From Ostrea edulis (lineage: Eukaryota), in NCBI RefSeq assembly GCF_947568905.1, contig NC_079166.1, positions 91,946,001 to 92,010,000 of the forward strand: DNA of 64,000 nucleotides. Reading direction: 5' to 3'. The notes beneath the pieces were generated by a model. The model searched no databases. It was not told the DNA's origin and saw nothing but the letters and a program-made list of their open reading frames with translations. The first letter of the stretch is position 1. Every line of letters begins with the position of its first letter. The position numbers and the translations under genes were made by a program. Below, piece after piece: positions 36,306-49,067 of this stretch.

Positions 36306-39300
36306 TAAAAAGTATTATGATAATTTTAAGAAAAGCATTGGATTATTCCAGGTAAATCTTACTGACCCTTGTAACCTTACCTGTCGTCAAATATGTTTTA
36401 TGTATTGCGGGGTGGTACTACACAGACCTTTAGACTCCTGCCTAATCCTAGTCTTTGTTGCTATAAAATGATGCACCCCCCCCCCCCCTAAAATGTTTGT
36501 AATAATAATAAAATAATGATACTATATTTATATAGCACCCTTTGCATACACTATGTACGCTCAAAGGTGCTTTACAATGCATATACACCTTACTACAGAA
36601 TGTTATACACATAATACAAAGAAAATAAATAAAACATTAAGAATAATAATAAGTAATTGACCACGTAAATTTGTGATTGCTACACATGTAGAAAGTGTGT
36701 ATATGGGGAATGAGAAATCACATTTTCATTGTTTCAGTGGAATAATTCCTTATCAGAAATAACATGTATAAAGGTTTTGACTAAAATATTTTAATAAAAA
36801 TATATTTCAATAAAAGGATCAATAGCTGATATCAATACCTTTCATACATATCCATTATGATTATCAATAAGATATTATTAGGTAAGGAATTTATACGAAG
36901 TTTTTGCAAGGAATGCTCCCCTCTAAGGATAGAGTATAAAATATAAATACAATTGAAAACAGTACAGATTCAAGTTTGTTCAAATCATTGCGCCTGGGGT
37001 AGGTTGGGGCCACAATAGGGGATCAATTGCATCTGGAAAATGCTAGTCACACCGTTTAAGGAATGCGAGTAGCAAATCCCGGACGCAGTTTACCCAAGAT
37101 TGAGCGGGGTATAGATGTGTAGGTGTTATGTGCTCGGCTAAAATCAAGGGTGAAATTATTTGAAATTGAAAGAAATATTTAAGAGGTTTACATTAATGTA
37201 TTAACCGCATTTCTGAAGGATATTTGGTGTCTGCAGTCTATCAAAACTCAACATCTAATACAAGTAAATCTATATTTGCTTCATTTGCATACCATTTCAC
37301 TTCAACATTTTATAGATCAATCGAACTTCTTAGATGCAAATTACTATATTCAAGCACTCCAAATAGACCTCAGATTTAAAAACGCATACAAAATCTTGAT
37401 GGTGAGTTTTCATTTGTTCGAAAAGTATCCTCTTTCGCTTTCATTCAATGGACAGATATATCTATCTCTCTTGAACTTCAAAACCACTGCATTTACATGT
37501 ATATAAGTGTCATTTAAATATTTTCTCCCAAATAATGTGCTATATAATCATAGCGTACTTAACACTTTCACACTGTGTTAGTGTATCTACTTGTTGGAAT
37601 GTCATTTGATGCATTTATAATGTCTGAAAACCACACATTAAATTGTTCCTTCATAAATGATACATGTAGTATCAACGCTCTTTCTAACAAACTGAGTATC
37701 TTGTAAAGTGTTTCGTCTGTTTCCATTTTCAAAAGATGCCGCATTACAATTCCTGTGTGTTTCCTCGGAAACAATATAAAATGCTGAAAATGCTAGCGGC
37801 CTACAAGGGAGGTAAACGCACTAATCTGAATTTAAAACGTGTCGCAATCAATTGTTTTGCAAAAGACAGTAGAATACTACGACAAGTATTGGAGATTCTA
37901 AAAGTTTTAAACGTTTTATGTCGTACTAAATTATAGGACAATAGTATGGACGTTTATTTGTAATTATTTGTAGAAAACCAGAAGAAAAAAAAACCCAAAA
38001 AAACAGGAAGTATTTGCGGATAAAACTTCGATATTTTGCATTTTCTTCTTTAACATAACACAATGAATCTACATCCATGTCTGCGTTCATATTCAATCAG
38101 AAAAATAACTCGTTCATTATCAAAAGTGTTTAATTCTAAAAATGTGAGTTTCTTTAAGTTTGAAAATTCAGGCATTGTCTGTATGAGTGGAGTGGGATGG
38201 AGGTTTATTTTGGTGAGGAATGTGTTGATGACTAAACAACCCAGTTATCATAACCTGTACACGGATTCGTGTATTTTATATTTTTCGGATGTCTCGCCAT
38301 CAAACATGTTACTATATATGTTTGGAATTGTAAAATATTTATCAGACTGCATTTAAAGATTTACACAGAAATGTTGTACCATTAACACTTTATCATCACA
38401 ATCTATCCCGAGAAACTTAAATTGATGTACGGGACAAATTTAATTATTTCATTCGCATTTAATTAATTCAAAACGAAATCAAACTACTTTTGACAAGCTC
38501 AACATTACTCGCGCTTCTCCGTGTGGAATATATTGCATACCAAGAGTTGTCTAACTTTACCTTCTCGTATGGAGCCCATGGTTGTAATTGAAACATGTGT
38601 AATGTAAACTTGTATGTTGAAAATATTATGGAGTATGTGACACAGTGTTCACGACAAATGGGTGTTTGTCAGTATGTTTATTAGTTATCTAAAATTAAAA
38701 ACAAATCGACGGTATCATTGGGTCTTTAATGGACATTTTGTTTGCATTTTGAATGAAGATATGCACGCTGAAAATGCTATATCATTTCAACTCAATCTTC
38801 CTCATATTGTTAAGGATTTACTACAACAGTACATAGAGCACACATTTAAAGAGACACTACAACTCAATTCGGGCAAAACTCATGAAATGACAACTTTTCC
38901 ATTCCAGAGTTTTCTCAAATTTTGTTGCATAATTGATTGTATGAACTTTACGAAAATGACAATTATCCTAAGTTGAAAATTCTCTTTTTAACGCAAGATT
39001 TATACTTTATGATGAAAAATTAACAACAAACAAACAAAAACAATGAGTCTCCTCCTTTCGGTCTTCAGACGTACATGTATGCGCTTAGTCGGTAAACAGT
39101 GCAGCATGTCGTACAGTGAGAAAAAGTGTAGTGGATATATCCAGCATTTTGACAGATTCTGTGAGAAAAGAGGTATAAATAGAATGAGATAAAACTCATA
39201 CGTGAACCAAAATTTACGTTGGGATCCGTATAACTGTTGGAAAACCTAGATCAACGAGGAACGCACGTAGAACTCAGTGGCGGATCCAGGATTTCCGAAA

Positions 39301-40016
39301 TGGAGCATTTGGAAGTCAAGTATCAGCCAAGAAGATCTGTAGTTTTAAACACAATATGTGACTGCTTTAAAAGTAAAAGCTATTTTCATCTGAACACGTA
39401 ATGTATTAATTCAAAAACATAGTTAATAGGAACATCCAACATGGATGGGTTTCTGTTAAAATAATGATTTATAATTACTTAATTATAAAAAGTAAGGCAT
39501 ATCATACTTGAAAGACGAGTGTGAACCCCTAAGGGGTATTTAAATATTTTTTTCTACACAATGCCATTGCTGTCATTCAAAATCAGGTAATGTAAATGTG
39601 CATTTAAAAGTCTGAGTCAGTAAGAAGAATCCTTTGAATTCCGGATGATCTTAAAAGTGCAGTTGAGAGCAAATTCATGCATTCAAATTGTTTAAAATTG
39701 TCAATATCGAGATGATTTTTATCAATATGGAAAATGAGCTGTAGCGACCCTTTAAAGGCTTCCTTTTTCAAAATACAATAATATCGCATATCCACGCTTG
39801 TCTTGAATATGCGCATTTATCTCCGTAACTGTATCCTCATCAGTTTTTACTAAAAGGGAAAGGGGGGGGGGGGTCTTATTTATTCCGGGAAATTTAATTC
39901 TGCAATAGTCTAATATATATTGACACGTACACGTCACGTCCTTTCTGGAACATTCTTCCAAACGGCGTGGTCATCAATTTGGTGCAGCATCAATTCTATC
40001 CATATCACTTTAAAAT

Positions 40017-41063
40017 ATGCACAAGACCAAATCAAAAAGGGGGGCACCCAGATCCACGACGTCGGACCAGTCTCAGCATGCTCAGGCAGTACAGACAGGG
40101 CGTAATCGCAGGACACGGAGGAGCAATGCTGACCCCAGCGTAGCACATGGCGGAGTCCAGCCACAGATACCTGTCGTCCAGACACAGATACCTGTCGTCC
40201 AGCCTCAGATACCTGTCCTCCAGCCCAAAGACCACTTTCAACCCCCACAGCGGGTGCAGCCTGGGGTAGAATTAACGCCGAGTACAGGTAATGATATTTT
40301 GCACAATGAATTTAACCAGGGCCCACAACCGTTACCTACAATGATCAATTCAAACCTGGCCCCATTGGCATATCATGTTGATAACCACACTAAGCATAAA
40401 ATAGTCAACGGTGAATTTGTTAATTTAGCCACTTTGCTTGTACGTGACAGCAGTAATTCTCAGATAGCATCTATTCTCTCAGTCAACAAATTTGGCCAGA
40501 TTATTGCACATCCTAAGCAATCAAACAAAATCACTACTGTTGAACGCTGGACAGATGCGTTCCTCATATTTACTAGCATATATATTGCTGCTCATCCAGA
40601 AAAAACACAGCAATTATTAAAGTACGTCCACGACGTTAGACTGGGGACAGAAAATTCACAGGGTTGGCCTAATTATGACGAGCAGTTTCGCTTGCGTATG
40701 GCAACCAATCTGTCTATGGACTGGGGCAGGGTTGATGCAGAGCTTTGGCTCATTTACATGACCCCTTCAAACACCCCATCCCCCCAGCCACCATCAAATC
40801 AGTATCTCAAGTGCTTTGATTATAATTACAAGGGGTCGTGCCACAAGATTCAGTGTAGATATCTACACCGTTGCCTTAAGTGTGGCGACAACCATCCGTC
40901 AAGTGATTGTGCTAAAACCCAGGCTAAGGCGGGCAAACCAGGGGGACCAAGCAACAATCAGCCCTTTCGGGCCAATAGCAACCAGTCACAATCCTTTATC
41001 CCAAGCCAAACCAGACAGCAGTCTGGATATATGGGCCCTGGCAAATTCGCTAATAAATACTAG
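40017..41063 (+). CDS. Gag-like ORF1 of the DIRS/Ngaro element
   Basis: KIVNGEFVNLATLL, WTDAFLIFTSIY, WPNYDEQFR, DWGRVDAELW and a C-terminal zinc cluster CFDYNYKGSC..C..LHRCLKCGDNHPSSDC. Confidence 0.85.
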   Translation: MHKTKSKRGAPRSTTSDQSQHAQAVQTGRNRRTRRSNADPSVAHGGVQPQIPVVQTQIPVVQPQIPVLQPKDHFQPPQRVQPGVELTPSTGNDILHNEFNQGPQPLPTMINSNLAPLAYHVDNHTKHKIVNGEFVNLATLLVRDSSNSQIASILSVNKFGQIIAHPKQSNKITTVERWTDAFLIFTSIYIAAHPEKTQQLLKYVHDVRLGTENSQGWPNYDEQFRLRMATNLSMDWGRVDAELWLIYMTPSNTPSPQPPSNQYLKCFDYNYKGSCHKIQCRYLHRCLKCGDNHPSSDCAKTQAKAGKPGGPSNNQPFRANSNQSQSFIPSQTRQQSGYMGPGKFANKY

Positions 41064-42651
41064 CATAGTTGTTAGTTATCTCCACACATACCCAGACACT
41101 ACATCAGCTATTTCATTAAAAAATGGTCTAATTCGGGGGTTTAGATTGCAGTATTCGGGTCCTCGACTGCCAATGTTTTGTAGTAATCTTGTATCAGCCA
41201 CTGAGCACACAGAGGTGTTGCAAGAAAAAAATCCATAAAGAGGTGCTTGAAGGGCGAATGGCTGGTCCTTTTGACCACCCCCCCCCCCCCCATTGCATAA
41301 TTTACACGTTTCCCCAATAGGTGTCGTTCCAAAGGCAGATGGCGGTTGGCGCATGATCACACATCTTTCTTACCCACCGTCAAATAGTATAAACCACCAT
41401 ATCGACCCGGTTCACACATCTGTTAAGTATACCTCATTCGATACTGTAGTCCAAACCATTAGTCTTCTGGGCAAGGGGACGTTCATTGCAAAAGTTGATA
41501 TCAAAAGTGCGTTCAGGTTAATTCGGGTTCATCCAGCTGATTTCGAACTCTTGGGCTTGCATATGAATGGCAGTTTTTATATTGATAAGTGTTTACCTTT
41601 TGGTTGCGCTATTTCATGCAAAATTTTTGAAATGTTCTCATCATTTTTAGAGTGGTTGGTCATAGCTAAATCAGGGATTGAAACGGTTCACCATTACTTG
41701 GATGATTTTATTTTTGCAGGCAGTGCGCATACAAGCCATTGTCATGTCCTTATGCATACATTTCAGTCTATGTGTGTCGAGATGGGAATACCTTTGAACC
41801 AGGATAAATCTGTTCAACCCACTACCTGTTTAATATTTCTCGGTCTGGAGATTGATACTATCAAAATGCAAATTAGAATACCCCGAGAAAAGGTTGACGA
41901 ACTCATGAATCTCCTACTCTTCTGGGTCTCGAAAAATAAAATTAAGTTATCTACCCTTCAGAGCCTGGTGGGCAAGTTAAATTTTTTTGGCAAAGCAATA
42001 CCCGGTAGCAGGGCATTCAACCATAGATTTTACAACGCCACGATTGGTCCCACTAAGCCATCGCATCATATCATAATCAATCACTCAATGCGTGAAGACA
42101 TGAATACATGGATAAGTTTTTTGAGGGGATTCAATGGTGTAATGTATTTCCCAGAGAGGGAGTGGGCCACCCAGAACACTTTACAACTGTTCACGTACAG
42201 TGCAGGTGGATCTAGTTTAGGTTGCGGGTGTTATTTTCAGGGTCAGTGGACCTACCTTCAATGACCACATGATTGGACCATTACTTCCATCTTGACAGAC
42301 ATCACATTTTTAGAACTTGTGCCCATTGTGCTAGCCATATCAGTATGGGGCAGTAGGTTGCAAAACAAAAAGATACTATTTCATGTGGACAATATGGCCT
42401 TAGTACACATTCTTAACAAACAGTCATCTAAGTCACATCGGGTCATGTCGTTTGTTAGGCCACTTATCCTTCAAACATTGCACTTCAATATTCAGTTCAA
42501 AGCCCAGCATATCCCTGGGAAAACAAATAAAATTGCTAATTCTATATCTCGCAAGCAGTGGGACTTGTTCAGGAACCTGGCACCTACAGCCGACCACAAC
42601 CTTCAGCTAATCCCAGCTTCGTTCCAGAGGTTGCTTTGTCAAGTGAAATAA
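41030..42651 (+). pseudogene. Reverse transcriptase + RNase H (pol), disrupted
   Basis: GFRLQYSGPR, PKADGGWRMITHLS, KVDIKSAFR, CLPFGC, HYLDDF; RNase H ELVPIVLA, HVDNMAL, HIPGKTN. Frameshift at the A-run ~41231 (possible further one at the C-run ~41278-41291); TGA at 42262 in frame with the 42292 ORF. Confidence 0.9.
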
Positions 42652-43520
42652 GCCGCCTTTTACACTCATCCTTGTCAGCAAACACCAACCAAGCATATAT
42701 GGTGGGTATTCAGGCATTCAACCATTTCCATAGCATTCAGGGACTACCTAACACATGGCCACCACCGGATGCTCACATCAATATATTTATTGCACATTTA
42801 TCCATACACGGTTACAAGCAATCCACAGCTAAAGCATACATCTCTGCCATTAGTTTTTATTGCAAACTCCACTGGAATGCGGATCCGACTAAACATTTTA
42901 TAGTGCAGAAATTGTTGCAGGGTATGAAGCGCACAAATTCAATATCGGATGCCCGTTTACCTATCACATTGGGCATTTTGGAACTAATCATAAATAAACT
43001 ACAGGTGGTATGCTCTAGCACGTATGAGACCCTTCTTTTTAAAGCATCATTCTCACTAGCTTTTAATGCCTTGATTAGGATAGGGGAATTTGCTTTGTCA
43101 AAGGGCAATTCTGTGGATCGGGTTTTACATACTGGGGACATTTCCCTGCACACTAACTATTTAACAATTCACATTAGATATTCGAAAACTGACCAATTAG
43201 GTAGGGGCACCACATTGACAGTACATAAGATGACCGGAACTACTTGTCCAATACAGGCTATGCACGATTATATGGAGGTTAGGGCACCGAAAGCGGGGCC
43301 ATTATTTTGTCATTACTCTGGTCAGCCTCTTACTCGTTACCAGTTTACCTCAGTTTTGTCACGCTCGCTTAATTTAGCGGGGTAGACAGTAGGCACTTCA
43401 AATCCCATTCGTTTCGCATTGGTGCAGCAACTACACTCGCACAACAAGGCATGTCAGCCGAAGTTATTCAAGCGGCAGGTCGATGGAGATATGTTGCATA
43501 TATATACTCGCTAATCTCTT
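42640..43520 (+). pseudogene. Tyrosine recombinase, frameshifted near 43380
   Basis: LIRIGE (catalytic Arg), SKTDQ, CPI, then after the frameshift HSFRIGAAT (43406) and AAGRW (43478). Confidence 0.9.
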
Positions 43521-43559
43521 AACGTTCATATGCCTTGGGTATTTTACATGCCTAACATT

Positions 43560-44158
43560 CACCAAGTTTTTCATAGATCCAATTAAAGTGTGGATTGTTG
43601 GATCCTCCATTATTAAGAGGGCAGAAGTGGCTGCCAGATCCAGGACAGGGGGACCAAACCTTAACGTTCCAAACACGACCATTTGGTGGCAAGTTTACGG
43701 GGGTATGAATTTATACGAGTTGGTGCCGAAACTTAAAATATTACAGCAGGTGCAAGATATTCCTGATCTTATCATTGTTCATTGTGGGGCAAACAACCCA
43801 GGCCGTACCAGCCTGTGGTCACTGGTCAGACTTCTTCAGTCTGCTGTACTAGAAATAACCAAACTTTTTCTTAGTGTGAAATTAGTGTGGTCCTCACTGC
43901 TACCTAGATTTAGTTGGCGGTATTCTACACAGATACAGGCAATGGAAAACGCCAGAGCAAGAATTAACAGGGAGGGTATTAGGCTAATAGCTTCAAAGGG
44001 TGGGGCGTTCATCAAACACACAATTTGAAGCTAAGCCCGTTCACCTGTATCATTCTGATGGTGTGCATCTGTCACAGCTCGGGAATGACTTATTTCTCAA
44101 TAATCTACAAGGTGCCCTTGAAACCTTCATTGGTGGCAGGGTTAATGCGTTTCCTTAG
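43560..44158 (+). pseudogene. SGNH/GDSL hydrolase-like ORF of the element, frameshifted near 44020-44050
   Basis: VWIVGSS (block I), IVHCGAN (block III), and in another frame HSDGVHLSQLGNDLF (block V), ending at TAG 44158. Confidence 0.8.
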
Positions 44159-45071
44159 ACCTGTTTCGATTTGCGGCAATCTGGTTAGCGGTGACCATTT
44201 GAGTTGGCGTACTGCCGCCGTCACCACGGTTCTTGGCACTCCCTTGGTGGCGGTTGCAGTCCCACAAACGCTCCTGTTTCACGGGCGTGTGTGGCACGTG
44301 CAAGTGGCGTTTCGGCGCACCCCAACTCAAATGGAGGAGTGCACCCAATATTCTGCAGCTTCATGCCATGAACTTGAAAATTTGCAGTATTGATTGATGA
44401 TTGAATTGCTGATTGAATGATTGAATTGTTGTTGACATTGAATTGCCGGACTATTGATTGATTGATTTAATATCTTAATTCTTGTATTATTGATTGATTT
44501 ATTGTATTTGCATTTGGTGACGTTGTGCACTTGCGTTTACCCAGTGCGCAATTCGCCCATCTGGGACCGTCACATTTGATTGATTAATTAATTGTTGAGG
44601 GGGCGGCTCTGTGGTAGCCCCCAACCATCACCGCGGCCAAGAGCGCCAAAACAAATAAATACCGTTCATTATTATAGTGGTTGTACAGTGTTATTTTTGG
44701 ACAGGAATCGGTGATAATTCGTGACAAGATATAGCGTACATGTAGGGGAACAATCTCGACCCTTTGATAAAATTCACAATATTTGTTTAATGTCGCCTTG
44801 TAATTACTAATTAAGATACCATATTAAACAATACCAAGAAATAAGAATATCACATACTTGTAAAAACGCAAAATACGAGACTTTTAAAACTTTATTTCTG
44901 TTGACGGAAGTAAAAGCAAAAAATGTAATCCCCCTGTTTCTCTTTGGATGAATAAGATATTTGCTGTTGTTTTAAACCTGATAAATTAAAGGTCCTTTCT
45001 AGAACTGAAGAAAATATATAGTATCGTACATATATGTTACGACTACTTCAGATTTCTTTTTGTGTTATGAG

Positions 45072-48000
45072 TTACCGCCTCTTTATTGAGGGTTGTGGTA
45101 CGAGGTATGTGTCATTAATATGATATTTTTGCTGGTTCCCTTCCGCTGTTTGGTTTTCCATTCCCAGTATTTCGTCATAATGTGTCTGACCGAACACCCG
45201 AGAATTTCGGGAATTTCGGGGATATCTGGAGCGTTGTCCGTTAGTGTCCTCATACATATGTGTGTTAGTTTCCTGAACAGGTTTTGCGACGTCATAATAC
45301 CCGTGGGTGTCCCCTATTTTTGTGACGTCTAGAGGACTCAGGTCAGTGTACATGTTATCCTCCGGGTGAGACCTTCGTATAATCTCGTATGTGTTCATTT
45401 CCTTCTCGTTATACATCGGGTTTATCATCTGAACGTCCGAAGTATGACCTACAAATAACAATTCAAACGTAAAACTGTTGATTCTACATTCTCATGATTT
45501 TTTGTACATCTTTACAAACATTATCAATTAATTCTTATAGATTTTTCTTATAATTGTGATGTTTAGATGTTACGTTATGACAGTAAAGATAAACTTTTCG
45601 ACGAGATACAACAATAACCTTACTTATAGAGTCTTCAATTTCTCAGAAATCCGGTTTGCTATTTTACAAAAGAAAGAAATATCCTAAAAATAGTTTTTCT
45701 GATATTGATATCCGTTTTAAACTGCGTCATTTTTACACTGCGTGTTCACTTTGTCTGAAACACTGGCATTGTGTTTTACACCTAACATATCATTTTAAGA
45801 ATGTCTGCAATAAAAACTACTGGTAGACTCATCAAATAGTAACTTTCAGAAACGTAATGTAGCATGTATCGTATCTATTATTGTTTTCTAATGCAATATT
45901 TTTCTGAATCCTGAAAACTAAGGGAATATTACGTTGATGAACAAGTGAATATAACAAACAGTGAATGAACAAGTGAATATAACAAACAGTGAGTGAACCA
46001 GTGAATATAACAAACAGTGAATGAACAAGTGAATATAACAAACAGTGAATGAACAAGTGAATATAACGAACAGTGAATGAACAAGCGAATGTAACAAACA
46101 GTGAATGAACAAATGAATATAACAAACAGTGAGTGAACCAGTGAATATAACAAACAGTGAATGAACAAGTGAATATAACGAACAGTGAATGAACAAGTGG
46201 ATATAACAAACAGTTAATGAACAAAATAACAAACAGTGAATGAACAAGTGAATATAACAAACAGTGAATGAACAAGTGAATATAACAAACAGTGAATAAT
46301 GAACAAGTGAATATAACAAACAGTGAATGAACAAGTGAATATAACGAACAGTGAATAAACAAGTGAATGTAACAAACAGTGAATGAACAAGTGAATATAA
46401 CGAACAGTGAATAATGAACAAGTGAATATAACGAACAGTGAATGAACAAGTGAATATAACAAACAGTGAATGAACAAGTGAATATAACAAACAGTGAATG
46501 AACAAGTGAATATAACGAACAGTGAATGAACAAGTGAATATAACAAACAGTGAATGAACAAGTGAATATAACGAAGAGTGAATAATGAACAAGTGAATAT
46601 AACGAACAGTGAATGAACAAGTGAATATAACAAACAGTGAATGAACAAGTGAATATAACGATCAGTGAATGAACAAGTGAATATAACAAACAGTGAATGA
46701 ACAAGTGAATATAACGAACAGTGAATAATGAACAAGTGAATATAACGAACAGTGAATAAAGAACAAGTGAATATAACAAACAGTGAATGAACAAGTGAAT
46801 TTAACAAACAGTGAATAATGAACAAGTGAATATAACGAACAGTGAATAATGAACAACTGAATATAACAAACAGTGAATGAACAAGTGAATATAACAAACA
46901 GTGAATGAACAAGTGAATATAACAAACAGTGAATGAACAAGTGAATATAACGAACAGTGAATGAACAAGTGAATATAACAAACAGTGAATGAACAAGTGA
47001 ATATAACAAACAGTGAATAATGAACAAGTGAATATAACGAACAGTGAATAATGAACAACTGAATATAACAAACAGTGAATGAACAAGTGAATATAACAAA
47101 CAGTGAATGAACAAGTGAATATAACAAACAGTGAATGAACAAGTGAATATAACGAACAGTGAATGAACAAGTGAATATAACAAACAGTGAATGAACAAGT
47201 GAATATAACAAACAGTGAATAATGAACAAGTGAATATAACGAACAGTGAATGAACAAGTGAATATAACAAACAGTTAATATGAACAAGTGAATATAACAA
47301 ACAGTGAATGAACAAGTGAATATAACAAACAGTGAATAATGAACAAGTGAATATAACGAACAGTGAATGAACAAGTGAATATAACAAACAGTTAATATGA
47401 ACAAGTGAATATAAGAAACAGTGAATGAACAAGTGAATATAACAAACAGTGAATGAACAAGTGAATATAACAAACAGTGAATGAACAAGTGAATATAACA
47501 AACAGTTAATATGAACAAGTGAATATAACAAACAGTGAATGAACAAGTGAATATATCAAACAGTGAATGAACAAGTGAATATAACATTGAATGAACTAGT
47601 GAATGTAACAAACAGTGAATGAACAAGTGAAGATAACGAACAGTGATATCAAAATACATCTCATATTGAATGCAAAAGTTAAGAAATGATTTTCATTCTT
47701 GAAAATACGTGGAGCATGAACTGCGTAGTTTTACCCATCATGCTTCATGAAATTTAATTTTCGTTTTCAGATTGTACTTTTATCTCCGTTAGAAAACCCA
47801 AATTCAAAATAGACTTACTATATTTATAAAGATTCATATTCCCATTGTCCACTGCATCGCGTTCATGAAGTAATGACTATAATTGCGATGAGTTGATATA
47901 TAGAAGGGAAAAAACACATCAGAAATGTAAATATAAGATGACAGCTTATACAGATGGCTTCCTATTTTTCTAAGTATACCATATGGTTTGTAGAATTTCT

Positions 48001-49026
48001 TTCTCCACACAAACACTCCGATTAGCGCCACTGCTACAACGGACAGGATCCCCAACGTGATTGGTACCGCAACGCTATTACCCTGTCCAGTAGAGGCGCC
48101 CCGAGAGAGTTCCACCAGCTGGGAGTTAGCTGTAGTAAGGAAGCGGAAATATACAATTCAAGCATGCTGACATTTACAGTCTAATTCACTTACATTGAAG
48201 TCGCTTATATTGAACTGCCTATGGCATGTGTATTGAAGCTGAAATAAACCCCAGTAACATTCTATATGGAAGTCAACATTGGAGATATAAGGAGCCATTA
48301 AGATTAGTCCCCTGGATTTCAATATATGCGGAGTAGGCTGCTTATCGCATTTTGTCTTTTATATGAAAAGGTGAAAACAAAAAATCACGATCAATCTCAT
48401 AACTCCTATAAATAATACAAAATAGAGAGTTGGGCAAACACGGACCTCTGGACATACCAGAGGTGGGATCAGGTGAGTAGGAGGAGTAAGAATTCCCTGT
48501 CGACCGGTCACACCCGCTATAAGTCCTATATTTTGATCAGGTAAACGTTTAAATATACGTACACATGTAAGTATTATCAACAATTGTCTTTATAGTTGTT
48601 GTTTATAGGATATAGCATCACACACGGATTGAAAACTTTTGCAAATGAGTCGCCTGAAGTACAATTAAGGATTACAATTTGTAACGATGAAGTCTGACCA
48701 CCACCCCCCCCCCTCCCCATTATACTGCTTTCACTAATATCGGCAATCAACAATTTCCATGAAAATGTATTGATTCTAGCGAATAACACACAAGAATAAT
48801 AAAAGCATCATAGAAATTAAAGAAATATACAGGACCACGTTTTACAACATACCTTATGACTGAGAACAAAATCTTCTCCTGCAATATATTTCACTCTGTG
48901 TTCTTATCAAATTGTGACTTTGATGTGAATAAGAAAAATTCTAATATGTAGTTTTATTTAAAATTGATTAATTAAGTTGGTGAGTTTCTAGAACTATGTC
49001 ACATTTTTAGTCTTGTTGGCTGGTTT

Positions 49027-49067
<41 letters not shown>

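Larger units (their letters stand above)
40017..44660 (+). mobile_element. Decayed tyrosine-recombinase retrotransposon (DIRS order, Ngaro-like)
   Basis: gag-like, RT-RNase H, tyrosine recombinase and SGNH hydrolase ORFs in order and overlapping; GC-rich 3' terminal block (44200-44660); no matching 5' terminal repeat seen. Confidence 0.9.

Noticed and set aside
42857-44530. Antisense and short overlapping ORFs within the DIRS element
   Set aside because: Shadow frames of YR/SGNH or terminal sequence, with no recognisable motifs.
45832-47659. Multiple 140-480 aa hydrophobic ORFs
   Set aside because: Translation of the 28/31-bp satellite inside an intron.
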